A stretch of 63,789 nt of DNA, counting the filler, from Hyphochytrium catenoides (Eukaryota; Protista; Hyphochytriomycota): NCBI GenBank assembly GCA_900088475.1. It is 6 parts of 6 records of this genome, joined end to end, with 100 filler letters (N's around TTAATTAATTAA, not from the genome) between each part and the next. Parts side by side here need not be neighbours in the genome. Positions count along the whole stretch, not along the records: positions 24,721 to 48,261 come from FLMG01002887.1; 5 more parts are not named here. One strand, given 5' to 3'. Of the stretch, positions 26,900-38,930 are shown in pieces. The notes under the pieces are model-generated. The model did not search any database and was not told the DNA's origin. It saw only the letters and a program-made list of their open reading frames with translations. Positions within the stretch are counted from its first letter, which is position 1. The number at the start of each line of letters is the position of its first letter. The translations under genes were made by a program, and so were the position numbers.

Positions 26900-27950
26900 T
26901 CCTCTCGCCGCTGCTGGCTCCATAGGAAGAGCACAAGAGGAAGGTAGAGCTCGTCAAACACTTAGGAACGGAAGTTGAAGATCTTAGAAGCCATGGTCAG
27001 AGCAGATTCCTTGGAGTGTGATGTCGTTACTCTTTTCTTCTGCGCGGCGGCGGTCGCTTCTCAGGATTGCACAGCAAAAGAGAATAGTATAACGACAATC
27101 AACTTGATTGAAGTAGATGGATAAAGAGACGCTGTGTTCTAACCAAGAACTTCCGAGGCCCTGCTCTGACAATGGCTTTGAAGACGCTGAACAAGCTCTT
27201 TCCTTCCGCTTGTACTCCTTCTTCTGCAAGCTGTCCATAGGGGCCAAGGTAGCTGCCAAACTAAGCGCTCCGCCTCTTTCGCAACGTTGAGAGCAAGAGC
27301 TTCTTAACCTCAGTTTCCAGGGTCAGACACAGCTGCTGTAGGTTGGTAGCAGTCACCTGCCATTGATTTTTCGTTTGACCAAGGCAACCAGAGCGAATGA
27401 AAGGCTTCAGCGCGGCGATCACAACGAGGCACCCTCAGACAAACACTCTGGCTGCGTTGGTCAGGAAGGAAAAGAAGAAGAGTTAATGGCAGGAGACTGC
27501 TACCAAACGGCAGGAAAGCCTTTTTTCGCCTCCTCCAAGTCCTGCACCTTTCTTTCCAGTGCTCACACCTCCGCCCTGCATGCTTTAAGGCTGTCCAAGG
27601 CGCTCTCAGCTCGATTGAAGTGAGCTTTGTACATCTTATCTCGGGAGGCTGACTTGGTCTGGACGTCCTTCTGCATCAGGAGCAGCCGGCTTTCTATGTC
27701 TTGGTCTTTATCTTCTTGCTCCTCGGACTTTCTTTGTTTGACTTTCTTTCGTTGCTTCCTCTCCATTCTGTACGTTGTTTCGACTGTGCTGCCATCCTGG
27801 ACCTGGGCTGCTGACGCTTCAGCTTGCCCCGCTCTGTGCATTGAGCTTAGGCTGTGAAGCTTGAGGATAACGGATTAAGACTTTCTCCATCGTTTGTGGC
27901 TGCCCAACCTCTCTTTTCTGGAAGGAGACGACGAATTTATTCTTCACCAA
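26900..27950 (-). pseudogene. Degenerate coiled-coil-coding region
   Basis: Coiled-coil-like sequence reads through an in-frame TGA at 27565-27563 (LKACRAEV*ALERKVQDLEEAKK), and downstream protein-like segments switch frames. Confidence 0.3.
27332..27513 (-). ncRNA. Long imperfect foldback hairpin (pre-miRNA-like or MITE-like)
   Basis: Outer arms 27343-27366 and 27483-27506 pair at 22 of 24 positions. The inner 20-nt stem TGACCAACGCAGCCAGAGTG / CGCTCTGGTTGCCTTGGTCA has two G-U pairs and one mismatch on the minus strand. Confidence 0.5.
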
Positions 27951-29191
27951 CATCACCCTGAGGTCGTCTGAGAGAGAACTAAAGACGCAGAGACAGAGAA
28001 GGAGAGCGGTGCGGCAGATTGGATGATCAAGACATCAAAGGGAGCACTTGGAGCGGGAGAGAGAGAACGCGAGAGTTAGGAACGAGAGCGGGTGCCGCTA
28101 TTTCATGAATAGAACAGCAACAATGGGATTAGACAGAGGAAGAGCGAGCGACAGAGAGAGAGAGTGAAAGAAGAGAGAGAGAGAACCAAAGAGAGAGAGA
28201 GAAATCAGTGAGGGGAAGAGCTCGCAGAACAGGCTAGAGATAGCTCTGCCTTTTAGTCCCTCTGTACCTCCCCCTCCATCTCCTTCTCGTTGCGCGAAAC
28301 TCCTGATCTCCGCCACTGCAATACTAGACGCCTTGTTTCCTTTCTTCTTCTGTCCCTTGCACTCAGCTGGAGGAATCGCTCCGTTAACCTTTTCCTTGCA
28401 CGACTTCAAGACAGAAACCCGCCCTCGTCTTCAAAAATGAGATCGAGGTGGCGGCCTCACAGCAGCCTGGGCGTGATATTTGAGACAATGCAGCGCCACG
28501 GCCCCAGCTTTGCCATAAACCTCAATATCCCTCAATGACCGCAAGAGTAGAGAGCAGCTGAAGCAAGGTGGTGAAGGGTCCGGGCCGCTCCGTGAGCTCT
28601 GCTTTGGATTGGATGTGCGCTGTCCCTGCTGCGGCAGTTGAAGAGCCGTACCAGGCTGGACATGAGAGTGGAATAAGGGGAAGGTATGCTCCTGTTTGCT
28701 TCTGTTCGCTTCTTCTTCGCCGCCTGTCCGCGTCCGTCCTGCTGAACCAGTCACAGCTGGCCATTGCTTTCTACAGGTAGCAAGCACGAAAGTCCTACCG
28801 CTCTTCATCGGGCAGCAGACCGCGAGCGTCGGCGCGGCGACCTCCCTCCACTTTACAAGCCGTTCTTAGCGCGCTCCGCTCCCAAGAAGTCAGGCGAGTC
28901 ACAGTTAAAACGCCTTTATATTGCCGGCACAGAATAGCACCAGGTCTGTCTCTTCATGGGATTGCATTCCTCCCCAAGCACACGGTCTTTCACTAGACTC
29001 GTAAGATCTGTTCACTCACTGACTAAAGTGAATGAGGGTGAGGGGAGTTGGCTTCGTAGTACCATGGGGTTGGGGACTCAGCGCACAAGTGGGACGGGCT
29101 TGGTAGCCATCATCGGGTCAGTCATGCGGAACCAAGAAGGCACCTGGCCCAAGCGCATTCTCTTTGTTAATGATGGGTGCTGCTTTCGCCC

Positions 29192-29715
29192 TCAAGGTTC
29201 CGAAATGGCGTCCCTTAAGCCACAACAGGCACAATTCCTCTTGCACGCAAGGTCTAGGTGCCTAGGGACTGAAGCCTGATAAGGCGGCGACACTTGCGCA
29301 TTGAGACACCTAGTTCCTAGACCTCGACGTCTACTAAATGCAGTTACTCTGCGTTTCACCTCTCCTCGCCACCAGGACATGAAGCCTCTTTGTCCACCTG
29401 CTTCCAGCCTTGCGGCTGAGTGCCGCGGCCAAAGGTAGTGCTGAGCCAGCGACATCTTCACTATCGGATCAGATACTACTATTCTACTTGCTAGACACGT
29501 TTCGTATCGTTCAGCCCGTACTGCTTCTGGTCCCACGTCTTTCGTGTTGTTGACCTTAGCGTCGATGAAGGCCCTCAGATCTTTCTGGACATCTTGGGGG
29601 TCTTCTAACTGATAGGTGACCCTCCAGAGTACCACGTGCTCTATCTGAAGATATCTAAAAGGCTCTTCGTGGGGCTCAGGACTAGCGAGGTGGCGCGTTG
29701 CCTTTTGCTTGGTCT
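29192..29715 (-). CDS. Hypothetical protein exon; gene structure unresolved
   Basis: Open frame after a pyrimidine-rich AG (TKQKATRH...RYLQIEHVVLWRVTYQLEDPQ...GFMSWWRGE). No recognisable family. Confidence 0.3.
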
Positions 29716-30401
29716 GAAAGTACCAAGGATGACGACGGAGAGGTTAGAGAGTGAGACTATCGTGCAAGAGTTTTAATGACGGACTGTAAGGACTGCTCCT
29801 CTCTATTAGTTCACCGCCAGAGATCGCTGCAAAGGGCGAATGTAGAGGGAGAGTTTGCACCTGTCTACGGCAATGAGCAGACGAATGCAAGAGTTCGAGC
29901 GCCAACTCGTCTTAGCTGCACGACTATAGACCCAACCGCATGCTACTCTAAGATATGCACTGGGTTGCCGTGGCCTTAACAACTTCGCCCCAAGAGTGTG
30001 CCATTTATTAGCTAGAAGGGAGATCCGTTCTTCCAGAGCGACTTCGAAGATCTACCTCTTGGGCAATGCAAGTGCAGCGTTATAGGCGTAAGTGGGTCCT
30101 CCGAGGAATAGTACTCCCAAGTGGATTCCTCTTTTTAGCGCTCTCTTCGTCAAAGTCCTACTCCTTAGTCCCCAGACTGTCTGTTAGCTCTTCTGTCTCT
30201 TCTGGAGCCGGCGACGCGCGAAGATAGAAATGGCCAGGTGTAACAGAAGGAAGGAAAAGTGCCAAAAACTCATTCTCCCTGCGTCGCCGCAAGATATGTT
30301 GGCGCTTCTGTCTTTCTTTCCTCAGTATTTTTCACCTCAATGAGCTGTTTCCTTGGCTCCTGCTTACTCAATCTCAGCTTCTGTTGATCCTATACTATGT
30401 C

Positions 30402-33400
30402 CTAGGAGGCGATCTCATCCAAAGACTGGCTGTCAGTTGCTTCATAAAAGAGCATGTACGCCTGAGATTTCAATACTTCTTCCGCCTCCACCTCCACAAC
30501 CGACTCATCTGACGCCTTAAACCAGACGTTTGGGTCCACAGGAGAGCGGATGAGAGCATAATAGTGACCGCCGTGCATGTTTCCCTTGTGAACGATGACG
30601 CAATATAGACAGTAGCGCCGTGGCCCGACAACTGCGACTTCGTTAGCTAAAGCAAAGGTAGAGACAGCGGGGAACAGGAGGTTAAAACCGTCAAGTCGTC
30701 TGAGGAACGATAAGCAAAGACGAAGCTAGACGGATGACAGATCACACATCCTTCTGAGTACCTAGATACGTACCCTGTAAGAGGTGTGACGGGACCTCTA
30801 AGGATAAGGGGAAGGAGACGTGGGACGTGACCTTCTTCAATCGCTGTAGGCGCTGNNNNNNNNNNNNNNNNNNNNNNNNNNNNNNNNNNNNNNNNNNNNN
30901 NNNNNNNNNNNNNNNNNNNNNNNNNNNNNNNNNNNNNNNNNNNAGCACTTCTCGCAATCATACCCGTTGTCTACAAAAGAGTTATTAGATTAGAACCGAG
31001 AATCTTTGATTGAAATGTTAAGCTTAGTGTTTCTCTGGCCCGAGTGCATGGTGCTTTACCTGAGTCCTTGGACAGAAGACAACGCGCAGCGTATGCCTCT
31101 AAGCAGTCTAGGAGAAGTATCTCTCCGCCCTCGTCATCCTCTCGAACTCTGCCTCTCGGCCGGTGGCTTCGAACTTCCCTTGCCCCGCCAATGCTGACGA
31201 AATCAAGCCCATGAGGACGAGGAGTGAAGAAAGAGATAACAGCGAGAGAAGGCAGCACCTACCCGGCAGTCCTTCCTTTGGGCATTTCGAGACTGATGGC
31301 ATAGAAGCTTTGGCTCGTCTTTGACTCGTGATCACAGTTCTTACAATGGACGACACTGCAGATGCGATGAGGATATCATTAGTGGGAACACCTTCGTTTT
31401 AGTCTTCTCGAGAATTCTAGTGCAAGGAAGGACCAGAACGTCCAAGGCCGGAATCCCAGACATCGAATTAGGAGCCACGACAAGGGGCAAGGCGAAGCAC
31501 CTTCGCTCCGTTCCCTTGAAAGGTAGCAGATCTAAGGCACTCGGCTCTGCGTCTGCCAGCTGTGGTGTCAAATCGTGCCCTTCGTCAGAAGTGAGACGGT
31601 GTGAGTCTTCCGGACTCTTTCCACGAGAGAGCTGCTGCTTTGCCTGTTGGCACTCCATCACTCTTTTCTTCACCTCCGCAATGGTGTCTGAGCTGGTAAC
31701 ATCCAAGGTCAGGGTCTCGCCTTCGTCTAGCTTCACGAAGACTTGGAATGATTGCTCTCTGCCCTGTTCTTGGCCACCTTTGAGAGCGGAATCAATTGGA
31801 TGCGCTCCGTCTTCTTCGATCCTCTCTTTGGCATCGGAGGCCGTCTGGTCTGCTTCTTCCTCTCCGCAGCCAGCTTCCTTTTTTCTGTGCTTTGACAGAT
31901 CATTAATCGCGGAGGCAACCACTAAATAGAGCTCATGCGCATCCTGCAAACAAGATAAGCGTGAGCATAGACTTTGTACTGAAAAGAGGAGGCGTGATGG
32001 CTGTAGCTCAACGAGAGCTGCTGAACGAAAGGCCAAATCTTAGGAGCGATGAGGAGTCCGAAGTGCTTTAGGCGTATCTACTTGCTGCTGCTTGCCGGCA
32101 AATTGGGGGTTTAGGTTCCTGATGGCGTTGAGCATCCTGGCGGGCTTATATGAGCTCTTTGCCTTTGTCTTGGAGTTCCCGCTTCTTTCGCCACTTCCTT
32201 CCCTATGGCGCTCTATATCCTTCATCAGCGTTCTAAATGACGAAGAAATAATAGTCCGTAAGATCTTGTTGTTGGTACTATCGATACCATTCTCCCACAC
32301 ACCAAAATCTAACTTCCATGTCTCCCGCAAGCGTCTATTCTTCTGACCTAGACCTGGTTGCTTTTCTGCCTAGACCTGGTTGCTTGGACACAGGCTCTAG
32401 CTCCTTTGAAAGCGTCTGCACGCACCTGAGAGAATTGTAAATCGTATCTTCAGACGCCTCTTTGGAGCGCCTTAGTGCATTAGCCAGTAATGTGGTCCTA
32501 TTCAGAGCCTTGGATATAAGAGAGAGCAGAAGTACACAGCGCACGGGACGGAAGGGAAGGAGTAAGCGAAATCGATCGATGGCGAAGGAGAGCACGTCCT
32601 CCACGAAATCACTGCCATTACCTGCATCACAGAGTTGAAATAGCAAGTATTCCCCAGGTTGATAAGGCCTACAGGTCTCTATATTTGAGGTCAGTGTCTG
32701 CAGGTAAAGGAGGTAATAGGGCTAAAAGAGACATAGCAGGAGCCCGCCAAGCAAGGCTGATAGATAAGAAAGCCAAACAAGAACAGTATCTAAGATCTTG
32801 CTTAGAGCATTTTGGCCTTAGGGACCAGCGTAGCTCTACTAGTAACGTAGCATCGGACACAAGGATGAGGTGAGATAGAGCCCAAGGGACAACACCGTTA
32901 GGCCAAAACGTTCATGCATTATAGCACAAGCCAGAAGACAAAGAAGGCATTCTCCCCTGGAGTTATTTCTCACAAGAAGCAGTTGAATTGACGCTTACCC
33001 AGGCCGCACCATCCTTGACCGCTGGTGTTCTACTTTCCGTGTCCACATCCGGTAAATCGGCGGCGGCTTTCTTCCGCGCAGTCCGTTTAGAGGGCACCTT
33101 TTCCCTTTTGATAGTGTTAACTGGAGCTTGGACCAGCCGTAACTCTCCCATCATCGGACGCAGCAGTTCCAAGCAGGACCGAACTAAACGTCCATTTTCG
33201 TCCTGCTCTTCTTCTCTGACCGTCCGCTCACAGATGTGGCACCTAGCGCAAAAGATGAGGAACGATACCGGCGCTTAGAAGAGCAGATTCGACTGCGGAA
33301 TAGCTCTCCTCGTACCAGAAGGATAGCGACGGCAAACTGACAGACCACGAGCACGGGACTTGACCCCTGCCAAGGCGACAATGTATCGTTAGAGTTAGAG

Positions 33401-34895
33401 CTGGCCCATCACGACATAGGGCGCGCTGATGCACTGAAGTTAACCGAGAGGAAGAGGGCTCAGAGATGAAAACGTCACGGCGCAGCAGCCGGTAGGTGTG
33501 GATAGGTATTCTAAGGGGAAGAGGGCGACCATGAGAAAGCTCCTGGAATTTTGACTGACGAGAAGGAGAAGAGGTAGAAGACGAAAGCGCGTTCCAAGCG
33601 CGTAGGAGAAACCTGAAGTGCCGTGGGTAGTGATGAGCTGACTGATCTCCGTAGCAGCCAGTGTACCCGCAGGTAAGACACAGCTGAATCCCTTCTCCGG
33701 GCGGCTCAGCTCTTCCCTTGGACTGAAGGTTGGAAGGGACCAGTAAGTAATGGTACGAGCACAAGACGAAGAAGAATGAGGTAGGCCAAGGATAACGATG
33801 GGGCAAGGTAGAGAGCAAGATAGCAAGCTGCAGAATAGTAGCGGGGTCTTCATTATAAAGAACGCTACCGTAGGGGACGCCTTAATGGGCTTTGCCTGGC
33901 TTTTGGCCTTTGTAGCCTTTGAGGTGATTGCCCCGCGGTTTCTTGAGGCTGAGCTCATATCAGGCTTCTCGCAGTCCTAGAGGGCGATTCAAAAGGGTTG
34001 CATGGGCGTTGATCAGAAGTAGAAGAGAGAGTAGGATGATGAGGACGGGGGAGAGGAAGGACACGTAAAGGGATATGTAGACCTACAGGAACAGAAAGCC
34101 GAAATGATACAGGAAGTGAGAGAAGACAAGCAAGGGAGAGAGAAATGAGAGAAACACAGAGAGAGAGAAAGAGGGATGAGAAAGGAAGCGACAGAGAGAC
34201 AGAGAGAGGGACAGAGAGAGGAACAGGGAGGAGAAAGAGCGACAGAGAGAGACAGGGCGAGGAAGAAAGGCGAAGGAAGAGAGACAGGGGGAGGAAGAGA
34301 GACAGGGATGGAGGAAAAAATGGGAGAGGGAGAGATAGAAGAAAGAAAAACTAAGACAGGAGAGAGGGAAAGGGAGGAAGAAAGCGAGTAAGCGGGCATT
34401 GTCAGCAGGGACGGCCAGAACAGTGCGGGGTAACAGGATAGGAGATAAAGAGATCGCGGCAGATCAGAAGGCTAACATCTAAGAAGAGCAAAACCTCAAG
34501 ATCCACCATAAGAGTGAGGCAAGAAGTGAGCAGAGCAGGAAAAAAACGGAGAAGAGAAAGAGAGAAAGGACAACTCCTGGGAGGGAATCTCTTGGGTCAT
34601 TATTGGATTACTCTCTCACCTCGCAAGTCACTTGCAGTCCTCTCTTGAGCTTGCGACGCATCTGCGTGAGTTTAACGGCCTTTCGGCCATGATTGCAGCG
34701 CTTTCCTTTGCCACTGTCGGCGGGTGAAGCTCGGGGTGAGGCCTGGAGAGTCTCAGGGGCTTCCCTTTCCAAAGAGAGAAGTGGACTTTCATGGTTGCGG
34801 GACTGCTGTTCCCCCTCCTCTATATCGAGACTCTGAAGCTTCACGACCACCGCTTCATGAAGGCATTCTTCTTCCTCTTCCGTCTTGTCCAACAT
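30402..34895 (-). CDS. Ubiquitin-specific protease, USP16/USP45-like (zf-UBP plus USP domain), with an inserted ubiquitin-like domain
   Basis: zf-UBP motifs RCNH, CEDC, LCLTCGYTGC, WCHIC. Cys box GLINLGNTCYFNSVMQ (~32620-32670). QQQ|DAHE across an intron. LDCLEAY..NGYDCEKC. His box YCVIVHKGNMHGGHYYALIR..WFKASDESV..QAYMLFY. Stop TAG at 30404-30402. An N gap (30856-30943) lies inside the gene. Confidence 0.93.
32347..32385. repeat. 22-bp-period tandem duplication inside a USP exon
   Basis: cctagacctggttgctt at 32347-32363 and 32369-32385. Confidence 0.9.
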
Positions 34896-35215
34896 TCTTC
34901 TTCTGGTTGGCACTGCTATCTAGCACCAGAGCACCAGTCACACCGTCAACACGGTCTTGAAGTGGGTTACCATTACCCGAATAACGCTTTCACATACCAC
35001 GTGTCCTTATAATTCATTGTCTACAATAGGACAGCTCATCTATTGAGAGGCTACGTCCCCTGTCCCACGGTCAGTCCCCGATGACTCTAGCGGCCCACAT
35101 AGCATCTCTCGCCCCTGGCCGATAATCTCCATCTCAATCTCAATCTCAATCTCTGGATAACTGATGATGGAGCTTCTGATTCCAATATAGAGTAAGTGAT
35201 GAACGACTCCCTAGA

Positions 35216-35269
35216 TAGCCGTTAGCGGTTGTTTAATAGCCGTTACCCGCTATAAAGGCCGCTAACGGC
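35216..35269. promoter_or_regulatory. Candidate bidirectional promoter element between the divergent USP and miaA genes
   Basis: Perfect 11-bp inverted repeat GCCGTTAGCGG (35218-35228) / CCGCTAACGGC (35259-35269), a third TAGCCGTTA copy (35237-35245), and TATAAA at 35251. Confidence 0.45.
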
Positions 35270-35313
35270 GGTTTGCCGGTGATGGCAACCACCAGCTTCT
35301 GATGAAGCTTCTG

Positions 35314-35348
<35 letters not shown>

Positions 35349-35574
35349 GATGTGAGATGAAGATGAAGATGAGAACCGGGGAGCAGAGCTTCAGCTCAGA
35401 GCATCCTTGAGAGCCCGAGAGACTTCAGCAGAGGAAGACTAGCGAAGGTTGTGTGACTGTCTGTGTGTGTGACTGTCTGTGGTCTTATGGCCCCTGGAGC
35501 TGTTGCCCAGGATGTATGTCTAAGGCTGACGAGGAAATAGATGGACTACTAGGTATCTGACACGATAAGCAACG

Positions 35575-38557
35575 ATGTCATTGAAGAGGTTTCCCTTGAT
35601 TATCGGTAAGGGACTTTGACCCTTGACGAGAAGAGGAGCGATTGAAGAAAGAAGCCGCACCGAGGGATGGGAAAGAGAGGAATTTCCAAGCAGAAAGGGT
35701 TCCCACAGACGGGAGATGAGAGATGTAGCAGAACGAGAGGACCGCAAGGTGAAGCAAAGGACGGAAAAAGAGCAAGAGAGAGGCTTGAAGAAGGATGCAC
35801 AAAGCGATAGCATGTCTACGATAAGGAAGCAGCAAAGCGAGGAAGATGCAATGTGGAAGAGCTAACTATTTCTGTCGCTTGAAGGCTCTACCGCGAGCGG
35901 CAAGACGCGGATAGCTGTTGGTCTGGCCAAAGAGCTAGAAAGGTTAGGGTCGTGAACCTTCCGACCTTTACCTTCGACGCTAATGCCCTACATAATGTTC
36001 CTCAACTAATACCGCAGGCGGGGTTACGGCAAGGCTGAGGTGGTCTCCGCGGATTCCATGACAGTGGTGAGCTCTCGCTGCTCTTTCCTGCAGGAGCAGT
36101 ATAACTACTAGCATTGAAAGCCTTGTTCCAAGCAGTTACTACTGCTTCTCTCTCTTCTTCCCACACTCTCTGTGTCTCTCTCCCGCTCCCTCTTCCTGCT
36201 CCTTTATTAGTGTTCTGTCGCCCTAGGTTCCACCCAGCAATCTCTTCCTTTTGGGTTTCTGGCTCTATTCGGTTCCTAGTTCTCTATGCCTCGTGTGTGC
36301 TCTTAACTCTTCTTACCCATACTTCTCTCCTCCGCCATAGTACAAAGAGTTGAACATCGGCACAGCGAAGCCAAAAGAGGAAGAATTGGAGGGAGTGCCT
36401 CACCACCTCTTTTCTATCATCTCCGCGAAAGAAAGCTACAGCGTGGGCCAATGGCTCGGCGCGGCCAAGAGAACAATTGAGGACATCAAAGGGAGAGGAG
36501 CCATTCCAATAGTTTGTGGTGGCTCTCATATGTATGCTAAGGCGTTGCTCTTCGGGTAAGCGAGTAAGAAATGCTGGAACCAGATCTCATGACAGATATC
36601 CTGACAAGTGAACTGAAGAGATGGCCATAGGGCTTTTGAACGGCAGAGGGAGAGAATACGTGGGAACACATAGCTGAGAGGACGGCAGTAGACAGCAAAA
36701 GCCAATGATCCTGAGGGAGAATGGAGAGAGGAGAGGCCAGGAGGTTAGCTTCCTGATAGGATGACTACTAGGAACATGCGTGGGGGAAAGTAGGAAGAAA
36801 GGAAGGACTACGAGGTTGGCGATAACACAATGCTGAACCGCTATATGGGCGCCAGGCTTCTAGATGAAGACAAGGCGAAGGTCTCTGCTATTCGTGCTAG
36901 GCTAGATGCGCTCCCTCAGGAAGAGCTGCGCCAACGATTGAAGGAGGTAATTATCTTGCAGAAGTCGCGGGCTAAAAGGCTCACTGCCTGATTAGTCTGT
37001 CTGCTTTCCCTCGGGCTAGGTCGATCCAGAGGCGTGGGAAAGGATCCATAATAATGATAGGAAGCGCACTCTGGTATGTGCAGAAGCGACCCTTAGTCCT
37101 TCGGCGTATCTGAGAGACAAATGATTCTTTCTTCCCTAACTTGTCTCTGTCTCAATGCTTGGCTGGCGATCAGAGGGCATTGGAGGTCTTTGAGGAGACA
37201 GGCAAGACTATCACCTCTCAGCAGGTAAACCTCACTTCGTAAGGCCTGCCTGTCGCTGGGTTTTGATGGTCCTTATGGAATCACTTCTCCCGCCCGCTCT
37301 CTTCTCCATTTAGCCTGCCCACACTTTGCTCTCTCTTTTTCTGTTACCTTTGCGCTCGCATGTGTGACCAACCCCCGCCTTCTAACACTTTCGTGGCTCG
37401 TTTGCTTCTATGGTCGCACTTCTCCTTCTCAAAGGTTCAATGGGATCGTAAGCAGGACGATAACATTATTCCGATCGCCATCATGGTGCACAACAATCAC
37501 GTAGGGCCTGTCATCAACAAGAGGTACGTCTACCATTTCGACCAATCTGCCGCCTCTTTCTCTCTCCCTCTTTGTCCGTCCTCCTCCCCCTCCAACCTCT
37601 CTCTCTCTTCTCGACTATGTCTTCCCTTTTCTCTTTCTTACCATTCGTCTCTCTCCTGCTTATCCCTTATCACGTCGATTAAGCCACTTCCTCTTTCGTC
37701 TCTGGTACAAGCGCTGCACATCTTATTCTACGCTTCTGTGCCCGTCGAACATTTCTCTCTAATGTCTCTATACCTTATCTTAGGGTGTGGCAGATGCTGC
37801 AGGACGGCCTGGAAAGTGAAGTTTACACTCTTTGGAACGATGGGCTATTGGGTCCCACAGCGCGAGCAGCAATTGGCTACAAAGAGTTTGTCAGCTACTT
37901 CGAACGGTAAGCGCGCTGGCTTTTGCCAAAAAGCCCTGGTTCTCTAGGGCTTAGCATCTCTCTCAGGCGAGGCCTCGATCGGACGCGGATGGAAGTAGTT
38001 GAACGGATCAAAATTAACACGCGGCATCTCGCCAAGCATCAGAGAGTCTGGTTGAAGCGGCTATCAACCATTCCCAGGGTATGCATCCCTGCTTTTGAGC
38101 AACTGTAACGAAAGCCAGAGTTCCGCACTCCTCCTCAGTGTCACATATGTCAGCTCTTAACTCTATTCTCTTCTCGATAGCTGCCTTCACACTGTCATCC
38201 TTGTTCTTCCTCTCTCCACTGGTCTTGTCTCACTTCTAATCTTGCCCTTCTGCTTTGCCCTCCATGTCCTGACTCGTTAGCCATCACTCTCCACTGGCTC
38301 TATGGGCTTTTGCTTCTCTCTTTTGGCACAGTATCATGACCTATCTTCTCTCCGCTCCCCCTTGACACCTCTCGTCGTAGACCTTGTCAATAGAGCTTCG
38401 TGCGAAGGCGATAGAGAACTACTATCGGACCGGACAAGCAGAGCATCTGGAGCTGGAGCCGCCCGTCGATGAAGTTGTTGAAAAGATCGTCCAGCACATT
38501 CTCCAACACAATGAAGATCAGAAATCCTTGCCTGATAAGAAGCGTAATAAGGAATAA
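35575..38557 (+). CDS. miaA: tRNA dimethylallyltransferase (IPP transferase), multi-exon
   Basis: Spliced: MSLKRFPLIIG|STASGKT (P-loop), VVSADSMTV|YKELNIGTAKP, GVPHHL, CGGSHMY, VDPEAWERIHNNDRKR..RALEVF, RVWQMLQDGL..EV, AIGYKE, TRHLAKHQRVW. Stop TAA at 38555-38557. Confidence 0.92.
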
Positions 38558-38930
38558 TATAGTATTTTATTGTGGATGTAGGTGGTTTCGTACCTCTACT
38601 CTTTCTCTGGGTGATTCCGATCTTCACAATCTGAAGATTATTGCGCCTCAAATCTTCAGATTCTCATGACTGAGGATGGGTCTTGAATGACACCCTGCCG
38701 CTGCGTAGACTCTGCTATACCCTCTATCGTTTTCGGGGGACCTGACGCTGGAGTGTGGTCTGATCTCACTGAACGTAGTAGACTCTATTTGCTTGTTGGA
38801 GAGAGCCTTCATACAGTCTACGCGCGGATCTGAAAGTCTACTGGACCGACCGAGCTATCATTATTACTATTTATTTGAGAACATCAGCTTATACTAAGGC
38901 TCAAGCAAATATCTTTCCTTTGCCACAAGG

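Noticed and set aside
29250-29323. Short hairpin AGGTCTAGG...CCTAGACCT
   Set aside because: The 9-bp stem is built on CTAG palindromes and is too weak to call.
35196-35302. Possible C/D snoRNA (GTGATGA...CTGA)
   Set aside because: No convincing terminal stem or guide next to a D box; the promoter-motif reading fits better.
35850-35884. Apparent in-frame TAA before the MiaA P-loop (MWKS*LFLSLEGSTASGKT), hinting at stop-codon reassignment
   Set aside because: The TAA is part of the CTAAC branch point of intron 35606-35884; splicing gives MSLKRFPLIIG|STASGKT.
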